Origin: Longimicrobium sp.
Lineage (GTDB): Bacteria > Gemmatimonadota > Gemmatimonadetes > Longimicrobiales > Longimicrobiaceae
NCBI RefSeq assembly: GCF_035474595.1
Contig: NZ_DATIND010000152.1
Location: 3,518 to 67,517 of the forward strand
Direction of reading: 5' to 3'
DNA length: 64,000 nt
Both the position numbers and the translations under genes were made by a program. Position 1 is the stretch's first letter. Each line of letters begins with the position of its first letter. This document shows positions 1-10,600 of this stretch, piece by piece. The notes below the pieces were generated by a model, which was given only the letters and a program-made list of their open reading frames with translations, searched no databases and was not told where the DNA came from.

Positions 1-2
1 CG

Positions 3-3000
3 CTGGATGTGGACGCGCTCCGCCGCGCGCTCGGCGAGATCGTCCATCGCCACGAATCGCTGCGGACCACGTTCGCGGCGACGGCGGACGGGTCGGTGCA
101 GGTCGTTCACCCACAAGGGGATAGGGGACAGGGGACGGGGGACGGGGAGCACGGCGGGTTCCATCTCCCGGTCTACGATCTGCGCGCGGATCCCGATGCG
201 GAGGCAGAGGCGCGGCGGATCGCGCGGATGGAGGCGGAGACGCCGTTCGACCTGACGCGCGACCTGCTGCTGCGCGCGGTGCTCGTCCGCGTCGCCGAGG
301 ACGAGCATCTGCTGGTGCTCAATCTCCATCACGTCGCGGGGGACGGGTGGTCCGTCGGCGTGCTCTTCCGCGAGCTGGCGGCGCTGTACGCGGCGTTCCG
401 CGCGGGTGAGCCGTCTCCGCTCCCCGACCTTCCCGTGCAGTACGCGGATTTCGCGGTGTGGCAGCGCGAATGGCTGCGCGAGGAGGTGCTGGAGGCGCAG
501 CTCGCGTACTGGCGCGGCCGCCTCGCCGGCGCGCCCGCGGTGCTGGAGCTGCCGACGGACCGTCCGCGTCCGGCCACGCAGAGCTACCGCGGCGCCGTCG
601 TCCCCTTCGACGTCCCCGCAGGGCTGGCGGCGCGGCTGCGCGAGGCGGCGCGGCGCGCGGACGCCACGCCGTTCATGGTGCTGCTGGCGGGCTTCGGGCT
701 CCTCATCCACCGCCTCAGCGGCCGCGACGACGTGGTGGTCGGCTCGCCCATCGCGGGGCGCGTGCGGCGCGAGGTGGAGGGGATGATCGGGTTCTTCGTG
801 AACACGATGGCGCTGCGCACCGACCTCTCCGGCGACCCCTCGTTCGCGCGGCTGATCGCGCGGGTGCGGGAGACGACGCTGGACGCGTACGCGCACCAGG
901 ACCTGCCGTTCGAGCGCGTGGTCGAGGAGCTGCAGCCGGAGCGGACGCTCAGCCGCAACCCGCTGTTCCAGGTGGCGTTCGCGCTGCAGAACGTGGCGAT
1001 GGAGCCGGTGGACGCGCCCGGCGTGCGGCTGCGGCTGGAGGACGTGGACAGCGGCACCAGCAAGTTCGACCTCTTCCTGGAGATGCTGGAGGAGGGCGGC
1101 CGCCTCCGCGGAAACCTGGAGTACGCGACGGATCTCTGGGAGCGCGCGTCGGCCGAGCGGATGGTGTCGCTCTTCATGCGCCTGCTGGAGGAGATGGTTG
1201 GCGATGCAAACCGCCCCATCTCCGCCGCGGGGCTGCTGACCGATGCGGCGCGAACCGAGCTGCTCGCGATCGGAGGCGAGACGGCGCGCGCCTATCCGCG
1301 CGATTCCACCATCCCCGCGCGCTTCGCGGCGATCGCCGCCGCGTGCCCGGACGCCGTCGCCGTCGCGTGGGACGGCGGCGCGATGTCGTACGCGGAGCTG
1401 GACGCGCGCTCCAATCGTCTCGCGCACCACCTGATCGCGCACGGCGTCGGCCCGGACGCGCCCGTCGCGCTGCTGGCGGAGCGCTCGCCGGAGCTGGTCG
1501 TCGCCATCCTCTCGATCCTGAAGGCGGGCGGTGCCTACGTCCCCCTCAACCCCAAATATCCCCGCAGCCGCATCGCGCTGATGCTGGAGGATTGCGGCGC
1601 GCGGCTCGTGATCACCGACGGTCCGCGGGAGATGGGGCGCGCGGGGATGACGGTCGTGCGGCTGGACACGGACGCGGCGGCGATTGCGTCCCGACCGGCC
1701 GATGCGCCGCGTGTCGCCATCGATGCGGAGAACGCGGCGTACGTCATCTACACGTCGGGGTCGACAGGGCGGCCGAAGGGGGTGGTGGTGCCGCATCGCG
1801 CGGTGCTGCGGCTGGTGATCGGGAACGGCTTCGCCGAGATGGGCGCGGACCAGACGTGGCTCCAACTGGCCCCTGTAGCGTTCGACGCGAGCACGCTGGA
1901 GCTGTGGGCGCCGCTGCTGAACGGCGGCCGGCTGGCGCAGTATCCCCCCATCGAGGTGGACCCGGCGGAACTGGGTGCGTTCATCCGGCGGCAGGGCGTC
2001 ACCGGCGCGTGGCTCACCGCTGGCCTCTTCCACGCGATGGTGGACGTCGCGCCCGACGCCATCTTCGCGCTGCGCCAGCTCCTGGCGGGCGGCGACGTCC
2101 TTTCCGCGCCGCACGTGCGCCGGGTGCTGGAATCGGCGCCGCATCTGTGCCTCATCAACGGCTACGGGCCCACCGAGAACACGACGTTCTCCTGCTGCCG
2201 CACCATCGTCGCGGCGGACGTGGCGTGCGCGTCCATCCCCATCGGCACGCCCATCTCCAACAGCACCGCGTACGTTCTGGACGAGCGGATGCGCCCCGTC
2301 CCTCCCGGCATCCCCGGCGAGCTGTACGTGGGCGGCGACGGCCTGGCGCGCGGCTACCTGGGCGCCCCCGCGCTGACGGCCGAGCGCTACGTCCCGCACC
2401 CGTTCAGCGACGTGCCCGGCGCGCGTCTGTACCGCACCGGCGACCGGGTGAGATGGTGCGAAAGTGCGAAAGTGCGAGAGTGCGAAAGTAACTCAACGCG
2501 CGGTGGCGCCTTTTCTCCTCCGACACTCCAGCACCCGACGCTTACGCAATCAGTTGCAGGCCCCGCCGATCCCGTCCCTCCCCCAGGCAGTTTTGGGGGA
2601 GGGAAAGGCGAGGGACGAGCCAGGGAGAGGGCCCGCGGAGCCGAGGAAACGCGCCCGGATTCGTCCGGCGACGAGTCCACTCTCGCACTTTCGCACTCTC
2701 GCACTTTCGCACTTCAGTTCCTCGGCCGCATCGACGAGCAGGTCAAAATTCGCGGCTACCGCATCGAGCCCGGCGAGGTCGCGGCGGTGCTGGAGCGCAG
2801 CCCGCTCGTGGCGCGCGCCGCCGTCCACGTGCGCGAGGACGCGCCGGGGGAGAAGCGCCTCGCCGCCTACGTCATCCCCGCGAAGCGCGAAACCGTCAGC
2901 GGCACGGAAGATGGGGAGACGGCGGACAGGCAGGTGCGGCAGTGGGAGACGCTGTTCGACGACGTCTACACCGGCTCGCGGGGGACGGAAGCGGGGGACG

Positions 3001-4631
3001 AGACCTTCGACATCGTCGGCTGGAACAGCTCGTACACCGGCCAGCCCATCCCCGCGGCCGAGATGCGCGAGTGGGTGGATGCCACCGTGGACCGCATCCG
3101 CGCGCTCCATCCGCGCCGCGTGCTGGAGATCGGCGTCGGCACCGGGCTCCTCCTCTTCCGCGTCGCCCCGTCCGCCGCGGAGTACGTGGGGACGGACATC
3201 AGCGCGCAGGCGCTGGCGCGGCTGGAGGATCGCATCCGCCGCGCGGACGATCTCCCGCCCGTGCGCCTGCTGCAGCGCGAGGCGGCGGAGTTCGGCGGCA
3301 TCGGCGGAGGGTTCGACACCGCGATCCTGAACTCCGTCTGCCAGTACTTCCCCGGCGCGGAATATTTCGCGGAAGTCGTTGCCCGAACGATGGATGCGCT
3401 GGCGGACGGCGGCGCCTTCCTCATCGGCGACGTGCGCGGCCTGTGGACGCTGGACGCCTTCCGCACCGCCATCGAGTTCGACGGCGCGGACGGCTCCGTC
3501 CCCACGCACGACCTGCGGCAGCGCGCGCGGCGGATCGTGGAGGAGGAAGAGGAGCTGGTGGTGGAGCCCGACTTCTTCCGCGCGCTCCGCCGCCGCATCC
3601 CCCGCATCGGGCGCGTGGAGACGCGGATCAAGCGCGGCGCGCACCACAACGAGCTCACCCGCCACCGCTTCGACGTCGTCCTCCGCGCCGGCCCGTCCCC
3701 CGAACTCCCCGCCGCGCCGGCGATGGAGTGGGATGCGGCGCTCTCCATCTCCCGGATCGAATCCATCCTCCGCGCCGATCCCGCATCCCCGCTCGCCGTC
3801 CTCGGCATCCCCGACGCGCGGCTGTGGCGGGAGATGCGGATCGTGGAGGTGCTGGAGATGGAGGACGGCCCCGCCACCGTGGCCGAGGCGCGCGCGCTGC
3901 TGGACGCCGAGCCGTCGCCCGCCATCGACCCCGAAGTGCTGTGGAGGTTGGGAGATACGCTCGGCCTCGCGGTTGACGTCCGCCACGCGGGCCCGCAGGC
4001 GCCGGGGCGCATCGACGCGCTCTTCCGCCGCGTGGACGATGCCGCCCGCTTCCCCGAGCGGCCGCTGGCGGAGAAGGAGCTGATTGGCTTCGCCAACGAC
4101 CCGCTCCGGGCGGTGCAGGCGCGCGATCTGGTGCCGCGGCTGCGCGCGTGGCTGAAGGAGCAGCTCCCCGATCACATGGTGCCATCGGCGGTGGTGGTGA
4201 TGGACGCCTTCCCGCTGACGCCGAACGGGAAGGTGGACCGCCGCGCCCTTCCCGCGCCCGAGCCGGTGCGGCTGGGCGGCGCGGATGTGGGCACGGAGCC
4301 GCGGACGGAGACGGAACGGCGGATCGCGGAGATCTGGGCCGAGGTGCTGCGGCTGGAGCGCGTCTTCGTGGACGACAACTTCTTCGACCTGGGCGGGCAC
4401 TCGCTCCTGGCCACGCAGCTGGCGACACGGGTGCGCGAGGGGTTCGGCATCTCGCTCCCCCTGCACCGCATCTTCGAGGCGCCGACCGTCGCCGCGCTGG
4501 CCGCGGTCGTGGACGGCGAGCGCGACGAGGTGCTGGCGGGGCTGATGGACGAGCTGGACGGCCTGAGCGACGACGAGGTGCGCGCGCTCCTGGCGGCCGA
4601 AGAGAGCGGCGCGGCCGCGGCGGGGGATTGA
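3..4631 (+). CDS. NRPS1, 5'-truncated: C(LCL)-A(Val-like)-N-methyltransferase-T
   Basis: Frame is open to the window edge and starts mid-C domain (HHVAGDGWS). A motifs [21 protein letters not shown]. Hand-read code DALWLGGTFK (Val-type). SAM motif VLEIGVGTG and LNSVCQYFP inserted after A8. T motif GGHSL. Acidic C-terminal docking tail. Confidence 0.93.
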   Translation: MDVDALRRALGEIVHRHESLRTTFAATADGSVQVVHPQGDRGQGTGDGEHGGFHLPVYDLRADPDAEAEARRIARMEAETPFDLTRDLLLRAVLVRVAEDEHLLVLNLHHVAGDGWSVGVLFRELAALYAAFRAGEPSPLPDLPVQYADFAVWQREWLREEVLEAQLAYWRGRLAGAPAVLELPTDRPRPATQSYRGAVVPFDVPAGLAARLREAARRADATPFMVLLAGFGLLIHRLSGRDDVVVGSPIAGRVRREVEGMIGFFVNTMALRTDLSGDPSFARLIARVRETTLDAYAHQDLPFERVVEELQPERTLSRNPLFQVAFALQNVAMEPVDAPGVRLRLEDVDSGTSKFDLFLEMLEEGGRLRGNLEYATDLWERASAERMVSLFMRLLEEMVGDANRPISAAGLLTDAARTELLAIGGETARAYPRDSTIPARFAAIAAACPDAVAVAWDGGAMSYAELDARSNRLAHHLIAHGVGPDAPVALLAERSPELVVAILSILKAGGAYVPLNPKYPRSRIALMLEDCGARLVITDGPREMGRAGMTVVRLDTDAAAIASRPADAPRVAIDAENAAYVIYTSGSTGRPKGVVVPHRAVLRLVIGNGFAEMGADQTWLQLAPVAFDASTLELWAPLLNGGRLAQYPPIEVDPAELGAFIRRQGVTGAWLTAGLFHAMVDVAPDAIFALRQLLAGGDVLSAPHVRRVLESAPHLCLINGYGPTENTTFSCCRTIVAADVACASIPIGTPISNSTAYVLDERMRPVPPGIPGELYVGGDGLARGYLGAPALTAERYVPHPFSDVPGARLYRTGDRVRWCESAKVRECESNSTRGGAFSPPTLQHPTLTQSVAGPADPVPPPGSFGGGKGEGRARERARGAEETRPDSSGDESTLALSHSRTFALQFLGRIDEQVKIRGYRIEPGEVAAVLERSPLVARAAVHVREDAPGEKRLAAYVIPAKRETVSGTEDGETADRQVRQWETLFDDVYTGSRGTEAGDETFDIVGWNSSYTGQPIPAAEMREWVDATVDRIRALHPRRVLEIGVGTGLLLFRVAPSAAEYVGTDISAQALARLEDRIRRADDLPPVRLLQREAAEFGGIGGGFDTAILNSVCQYFPGAEYFAEVVARTMDALADGGAFLIGDVRGLWTLDAFRTAIEFDGADGSVPTHDLRQRARRIVEEEEELVVEPDFFRALRRRIPRIGRVETRIKRGAHHNELTRHRFDVVLRAGPSPELPAAPAMEWDAALSISRIESILRADPASPLAVLGIPDARLWREMRIVEVLEMEDGPATVAEARALLDAEPSPAIDPEVLWRLGDTLGLAVDVRHAGPQAPGRIDALFRRVDDAARFPERPLAEKELIGFANDPLRAVQARDLVPRLRAWLKEQLPDHMVPSAVVVMDAFPLTPNGKVDRRALPAPEPVRLGGADVGTEPRTETERRIAEIWAEVLRLERVFVDDNFFDLGGHSLLATQLATRVREGFGISLPLHRIFEAPTVAALAAVVDGERDEVLAGLMDELDGLSDDEVRALLAAEESGAAAAGD
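116..150 (+). repeat. AGGGGAC heptamer array in frame in the NRPS1 C domain
   Basis: aggggat aggggac aggggac gggggac, encoding GDRGQGTGDG. Confidence 0.85.
2456..2712 (+). repeat. In-frame palindromic A7-A8 insert, copy 1 (85 codons)
   Basis: GTGCGARA arms at 2456-2489 and 2679-2712 are inverted; central CCCTCCCCCAGGCAGTTTTGGGGGAGGG hairpin. Confidence 0.95.
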
Positions 4632-4633
4632 CG

Positions 4634-7600
4634 ATGGCCGACGTCGCCAACCGCCTGCAGGAGCTTTCCCCCGAGCGGCGCCGGCTGCTGGAGCTGCGGC
4701 TGCGGATGCAGCGCGAGCAGGCGGCCGGCCCGGAGCTGCGTCCGCGCGCGCGGCCGGACGGCACCGCGCCGCTCAGCTACGCGCAGGCGCGGCTCTGGGT
4801 GCTGGAACGGATGGACCCCGGCAGCGCCGCGTACAACATGCCGCATCCGCTCCGCATCCGCGGGGATCTGGACGCGGCGGCGCTGGCCCGCGCGCTGGAT
4901 GCGCTCCGCGCGCGCCACGAGACGCTGCGGACGACGATCGCCGAGCGGGACGGCGAGCCGGTGCAGGTCATAGGGGACATCGTAGGGGACAGGGGACAGG
5001 CGACAGGGGATAGGGGGAACGGCGGGAGGGCGGCGCACCTGCCGCTCGTCGATTTGTCCGGTTTGTCCGACGCCGCGCGGGAGGCGGAGGTGCGGCGGCG
5101 GATCGATGCGGACGCGAATACCGGGTTCGACCTGGTCGCGGGGCCGCTGGTGCGCGCGTCGCTGCTGCGGCTGGCGGCGGACGAGCACGTGCTGCTGCTG
5201 TGCATGCACCACGTCGTGAGCGACGGATGGAGCATGGGCGTGTTCGCGCGCGAGCTGGGCGAGCTGTACGCCGCCGGGCGCGACGGGCGCGATCTGAAGA
5301 TGCCGCCGCTGGCCGTGCAGTACGCGGACTTCGCGGCGTGGCAGCGCGAGCATCTCCAGGGCGCGGTGCTGGAGCGGCTGTCGGCGTTCTGGCGCGATGC
5401 GCTGGAGGGCGCGCCGCCCGCGCTCGACCTCCCCACCGACCACCCCCGCCCCCCGGCTGAGAGCCACCGCGGCCGCACGCTGAAGACGCGCATCGAACCC
5501 GCCACCGCGAACCGGCTTCGCGAGCTGGCGCGGAACGAGGGCGCGACGCCGTTCAACGTGCTCGCCGCCGCCGTGCGCGCCACGCTGGCGCGGTACGCGG
5601 GGCAGGACGACGTGGTGCTGGGGACACCGGTCGCGAACCGGACAAGGAGCGAGCTGGAGGGGCTGATCGGCTTCTTCGTGAACACGCTGCCGCTGCGGCT
5701 GCGCATTGATCCCGGCGAGAGCTTCCGCGCGCTGGTGCGGCGCGAGAGGGACGTGGCGCTCGCCGCGTTCAACCACCAGGACCTGCCGTTCGACCGCATC
5801 GTCGAGGCGCTGCGGCTGCCGCGCGACCCCGCGCGCAACCCCGTGTTCCAGGCGATGGTGACGCTGCAGAACGCGCGGATGGAGCCGGTGGCGCTCGGCG
5901 GCGTGGAGATCGCCCCGCTCGCGCCCGAGTACGACACGGCCAAGTTCGACCTCACCTTCGACCACTACGACGAGGACGACGGCGCCCTCCGCGTGGAGGT
6001 CGAGTGGGCGACGGACCTGTGGGACGCGGCGACGATCGAGCACCTGGCCGCGCGTTACGGGACGCTGCTGGACTCCGCGCTGCGGCGGCCGGACACCCCC
6101 GCGGGCGACCTCCCGCTCGTCTCCGGCCCCGAGCGCGCGGAACTGCTGCGGCTCTCCGCCGGGCCGGAGGCGGCGAGCGATCCCTCGCTCACGCTGCACG
6201 CGCTGTTCGAGGCGCAGGCGGCGCGCACCCCGGCGGCCACCGCGGTGACGTTCGAGGGTGAATCGCTGACCTACGCGGAGATGGATGGCCGCGCCAACCA
6301 GCTCGCGCATCTCCTCCGCGCGCGGGGCGTGGGGATGGAGACGCCGGTGGCGGTGATGATGGAGCGCTCGCTGGAGATGGTGGTTGCGCTCTACGGCATC
6401 CTGAAGGCGGGCGGATTCTTCATCCCCATCGACCCCGAGTACCCGGCGGATCGCATCGCGTGGATGCTGGAGGATTGCGCGGCGCGGCTGGTGCTGACGC
6501 AGGAGCGCTGGATCGCGCATCTCCCCGCGTCTCCCGAATCCATCGCGCTGGACGCGGCGGGCGTGCTGGACGGCTTCGACGCGGCGCCCGTCCTCGCAAC
6601 GGCGGACGCGGACGCGCTGGCGTACGTCATCTACACCTCCGGATCGACCGGCCGCCCCAAAGGCGCCGGGAACGCGCACCGCGGCATCGTCAACCGCGTG
6701 CTGTGGATGCTGGACGCGATCCCGCTGCGCGCCGACGACGTGGTGCTGCAGAAGACGCCGTTCACCTTCGACGTCGCGCTGTGGGAGTTCTTCTGCCCGC
6801 TCGCGGCCGGCGCGCGCCTCGCCGTCCTCGCGCCCGGCGCGCACCGCGACCCCGCGCGGGTGACGGAGATGGTCGCGCGCGAGGGGGTGACGGCGCTGCA
6901 CTTCGTCCCTTCGATGATGCAGCTCTGGCTGGACGAAGCGGATCCCGCGCGCGTCCCGACGATCCGCCGCGTAACCGCCAGCGGCGAAGCGATTTCCGCG
7001 GAGCTGCGCGACCGCTTCTTCGCGCGCTTTCCCGCCATCGAGCTGCACAACCTGTACGGCCCCACCGAGGCCGCCGTCGAGGTCACCTGGCACCGGTGCG
7101 CGCCGGGCGAGGGCGCCACCGTCCCCATCGGCCGCCCCGTCGCGAACACGCGCATCCACGTGCTGGACGGGCGCGGCCACCCGTGCCCGAGCGGCGTCCC
7201 CGGCGAGCTGCACATCGCCGGCGTCCAGGTGGCGCGCGGGTACTGGCGCCGCCCGGCGCTGACGGCGGAGCGCTTCGTCCCCGACCCGTTCGGAGCGGCG
7301 GGCGCGCGCATGTACCGCACGGGAGACCGGGCGAGATGGTGCGAAAGTGCGACAGTGCGAGAGTGCGAAAGTAACGGTCCGGCACTCCAGCATCCGACGC
7401 TCACGCAATCGGTGACAGGCCCCGCGAACCCCGTCCCTCCCCCAGGCAGTTTTGGGGGAGGGACAGGCGAGGAACGAGCCAGGGAGAGGGCCGCCGAAGG
7501 CGCGGACACGCACTCTCGTACTCTCGCACTGGAGTACCTGGGCCGCTTCGACTTCCAGGTGAAGATCCGTGGCGTGCGCGTCGAGCTGGGGGAGATCGAG

Positions 7601-10600
7601 TCCGCGCTCGCGGCCGACGCGTCCGTGCGCGAGGCGGTGGTGGTGGCGCGCGGGGCGGGGAACGAGGCGCAGCTGGTCGCGTATGTCGTGGCCGCGCGGG
7701 AGCGGGGGATCGCGGTGGAGGCGCTGCGCGAACGGCTCGCGCGGACGCTGCCACCGTACATGGTGCCCGCCGCGTTCGTGGAGATGGCCGCGCTGCCGCT
7801 CACCTCCAGCGGCAAGGTGGATCGCAAGGCGCTCCCCGCGCCCGCCACGCCCTCCGCCGATGCCCACGCCGCGCCGCGCACGCCGGGCGAGGAGGTGCTG
7901 GCCGGCATCTGGTCGCGCGTCCTCCGCGCCGAGCGCGTGGGGATCGACGACGACTTCTTCCTGCTCGGCGGGCAGTCGCTGCTGGCGACGCAGGTGGTGT
8001 CGCGCATCCGTGGCGCGTTCGGAGTGGAGGTGCCGTTGCGCGCGGTGTTCGAGGCGCCGACCGTCCGCCGCCTGGCCGCGCGGATCGAGGCGCTGCGCGG
8101 CACGGGCGAGGCGCCGCTCCCGCCCGTCGTCCCCACGGATCGCGGCGGGGCGATGCCGCTTTCGTTCGCGCAGGAGCGGACGTGGTTCCTGGAGCGGATG
8201 GAGCCCGAAGCGGGCGCGTACAACATGCCCGTCCGCATCCGCCTGCGCGGCGAGATCGACGCGCAGGCGCTGCGGTGCGCGCTGGAAACCGTGGTCCATC
8301 GCCACGAGGCGCTGCGGACGCGAATCCGCGAGGAAAACGGCCTCGCCACGCAGACGGTCGCCCCGCCGGAGCCTCTCCATCTCCCGCTGGTGGAAGCAGA
8401 TGGCGAGGCCGCGGCGATGCGGGTGCTGGACGAGGAGGCGTGGCGCCCGATCGACCTGGAGCGCGGCCCCACGCTCCGCGCGCTCCTCGTCCGCATCGTG
8501 GCCGAGGACGAGCGCGTAAGCGAGGCCGGCGCCGACGCCGGGTCACTCTCGCACTCTCGCACTCTCGCACTTTCGCACCCCGTTCCCGAGCACGTGCTCG
8601 CGCTGAACGTGCACCACGCGCTCGCCGACGGCTGGTCGCTCGGCATCATCCTGCGCGAGGCGTCGGCGGCGTACGAGACGATCGCGCGCGGCGAGGAGCC
8701 GGAGCTGCCGCCCGTCTCCCTCCAGTACGGCGACTTCGCGGCGTGGCAGCGGGCGCATCTCACCCCCGAGCGCATCGCGGTGGAGGCGCGCTGGTGGCGC
8801 GAACGGCTCGCCGGCGCGCCGCCGCTGCTGGAGCTGCCGACCGATCGTCCGCGTCCCGCGCGCCGCGCCCACCGCGGCGCCGCGCTGACCTTCCATCTCC
8901 CCCTCGATCTCGTGGCGCGGGTCCACGCGCTGGCGGCGGAGGAGGGCGCGACCGCGTTCATGGCGCTGCTGGCCGGCTGGCAGGCGCTGCTGGGGCGGCT
9001 TTCGGGGCAGGAGGACGTTGTCGTCGGGACCCCGCAGGCGGGGCGCGCGCGGGCGGAGACGGAGGGGATCGTCGGCCTGTTCGTGAACATGCTGGCGCTG
9101 CGCGGCGACCTGTCCGGCGACCCGCCGTTCCGGGCGCTATTGGCGCGGGCGCGAGAGGCCACGCTGGGCGCGTTCGCGCACGCCGAGCTGCCGTTCGAGA
9201 AGCTGGTCGAGGCGCTGGAGACCGAGCGCTCGCTCAGCCATGCGCCCGTCTTCCAGGCCATGTTCACGCTGCACAGCCAGGAGACGGGGTGCCTGGCGCT
9301 CCCCGGGGTTTCCGCGTCTTTCGGCGAGATCGGCGAGCGCGCGGCCAAGCTGGACCTGTCGCTGAACCTGGAGGCCACGGCGGGTGGGGGGATGGAGGGC
9401 GTCCTCGAATACGCCACCGACCTCTTCGACGCTGTCACGGCAGAGCGGATCGCCGCGCGTTTCGCGACGCTGATGCAGGCATTCGCCGCCGATCCCGACG
9501 CGCGCATCTCGGCCGCATCCGCGCTGCTGCCGGGCGAGCGCGAGCGGCTGCTGGCCTGGGGCGACGGGGGAGACGCGGCGCCGTTCGTCGCCACGCACCA
9601 GCTCGTCTCCGCCGCCGCGCAGTTGAGGCCCGATACGGCCGCGTTGCGGTTCGGGGAGATGGAGATCGGCTATGGGGAGATGGAGCGCCGCGCGGGTGCA
9701 CTGGCCGCGGTCCTGCGCGAGGCGGGCGTGCGCGCCGGCGTCCCCGTGGCGGTGATGCTGGAGCGCGGGCCGGAGCAGGTGATCGCCGCGCTGGCGGCGT
9801 GGAAGGCGGGCGGCGCGTTCCTCCCCATCGACCCCGCGTACCCGGCCGGGCGGCGCGCGTACATGCTGGCCGACAGCGGCGCGCGCGTCCTCCTCACCAG
9901 CGGAAAGCTGGCGGACGGGCTCGACACCGGCGCCGCGCGCGTGATCGACATCGCCGGCGCGGACGCACGCGAGCCGGTGGATGCGAGCGACGCCGATCCC
10001 GCCACCCTCGCGTACGTCATCTACACCTCCGGCTCCACCGGGCGGCCGAAGGGGGTGGAGGTCTCGCACGGCGCGCTGGCCAATCTCCTTGCCGCGACGC
10101 GCAATGCGTTCGGCGTCCGCGCGGGCGACGTGATGCCGGCGCTGGCCTCGTTCGCCTTCGACATCTGGCTCTTCGAGGCCGTCCTGCCGCTCACCGCGGG
10201 CGCCACCGTGCGCATCGTGAGCCGCGAGCGCGTGCTGGACGCCGCCGCGCTGGCCGAGGACGCGGCGGACGCCACGCTGCTGCACGCCGTCCCCGCACTG
10301 ATGCGCGAGGTGGCGCGTGCGGGGCGGCTTCCGCGGCTGCGGCGCACCTTCGTCGGCGGCGACCGGGTCCCCGCCGACCTGGCGGCGGAGATGCGTGCCG
10401 CCTTCCCATCCGCCGAAACCCACATCCTTTACGGCCCCACGGAGGGGACGATCCTCGCCTCCGCGCACGCCGTCCCCGCGGACGCGCGCGTGGACGGGCA
10501 CCCGATCGGACAGCCGTTCGCCGGCGTGCGCCTGTACGTCTGCGACCCGGCCGGCGGCCTGCAGCCCCCCGGCGTCGCCGGCGAGCTGCTGATCGGCGGC

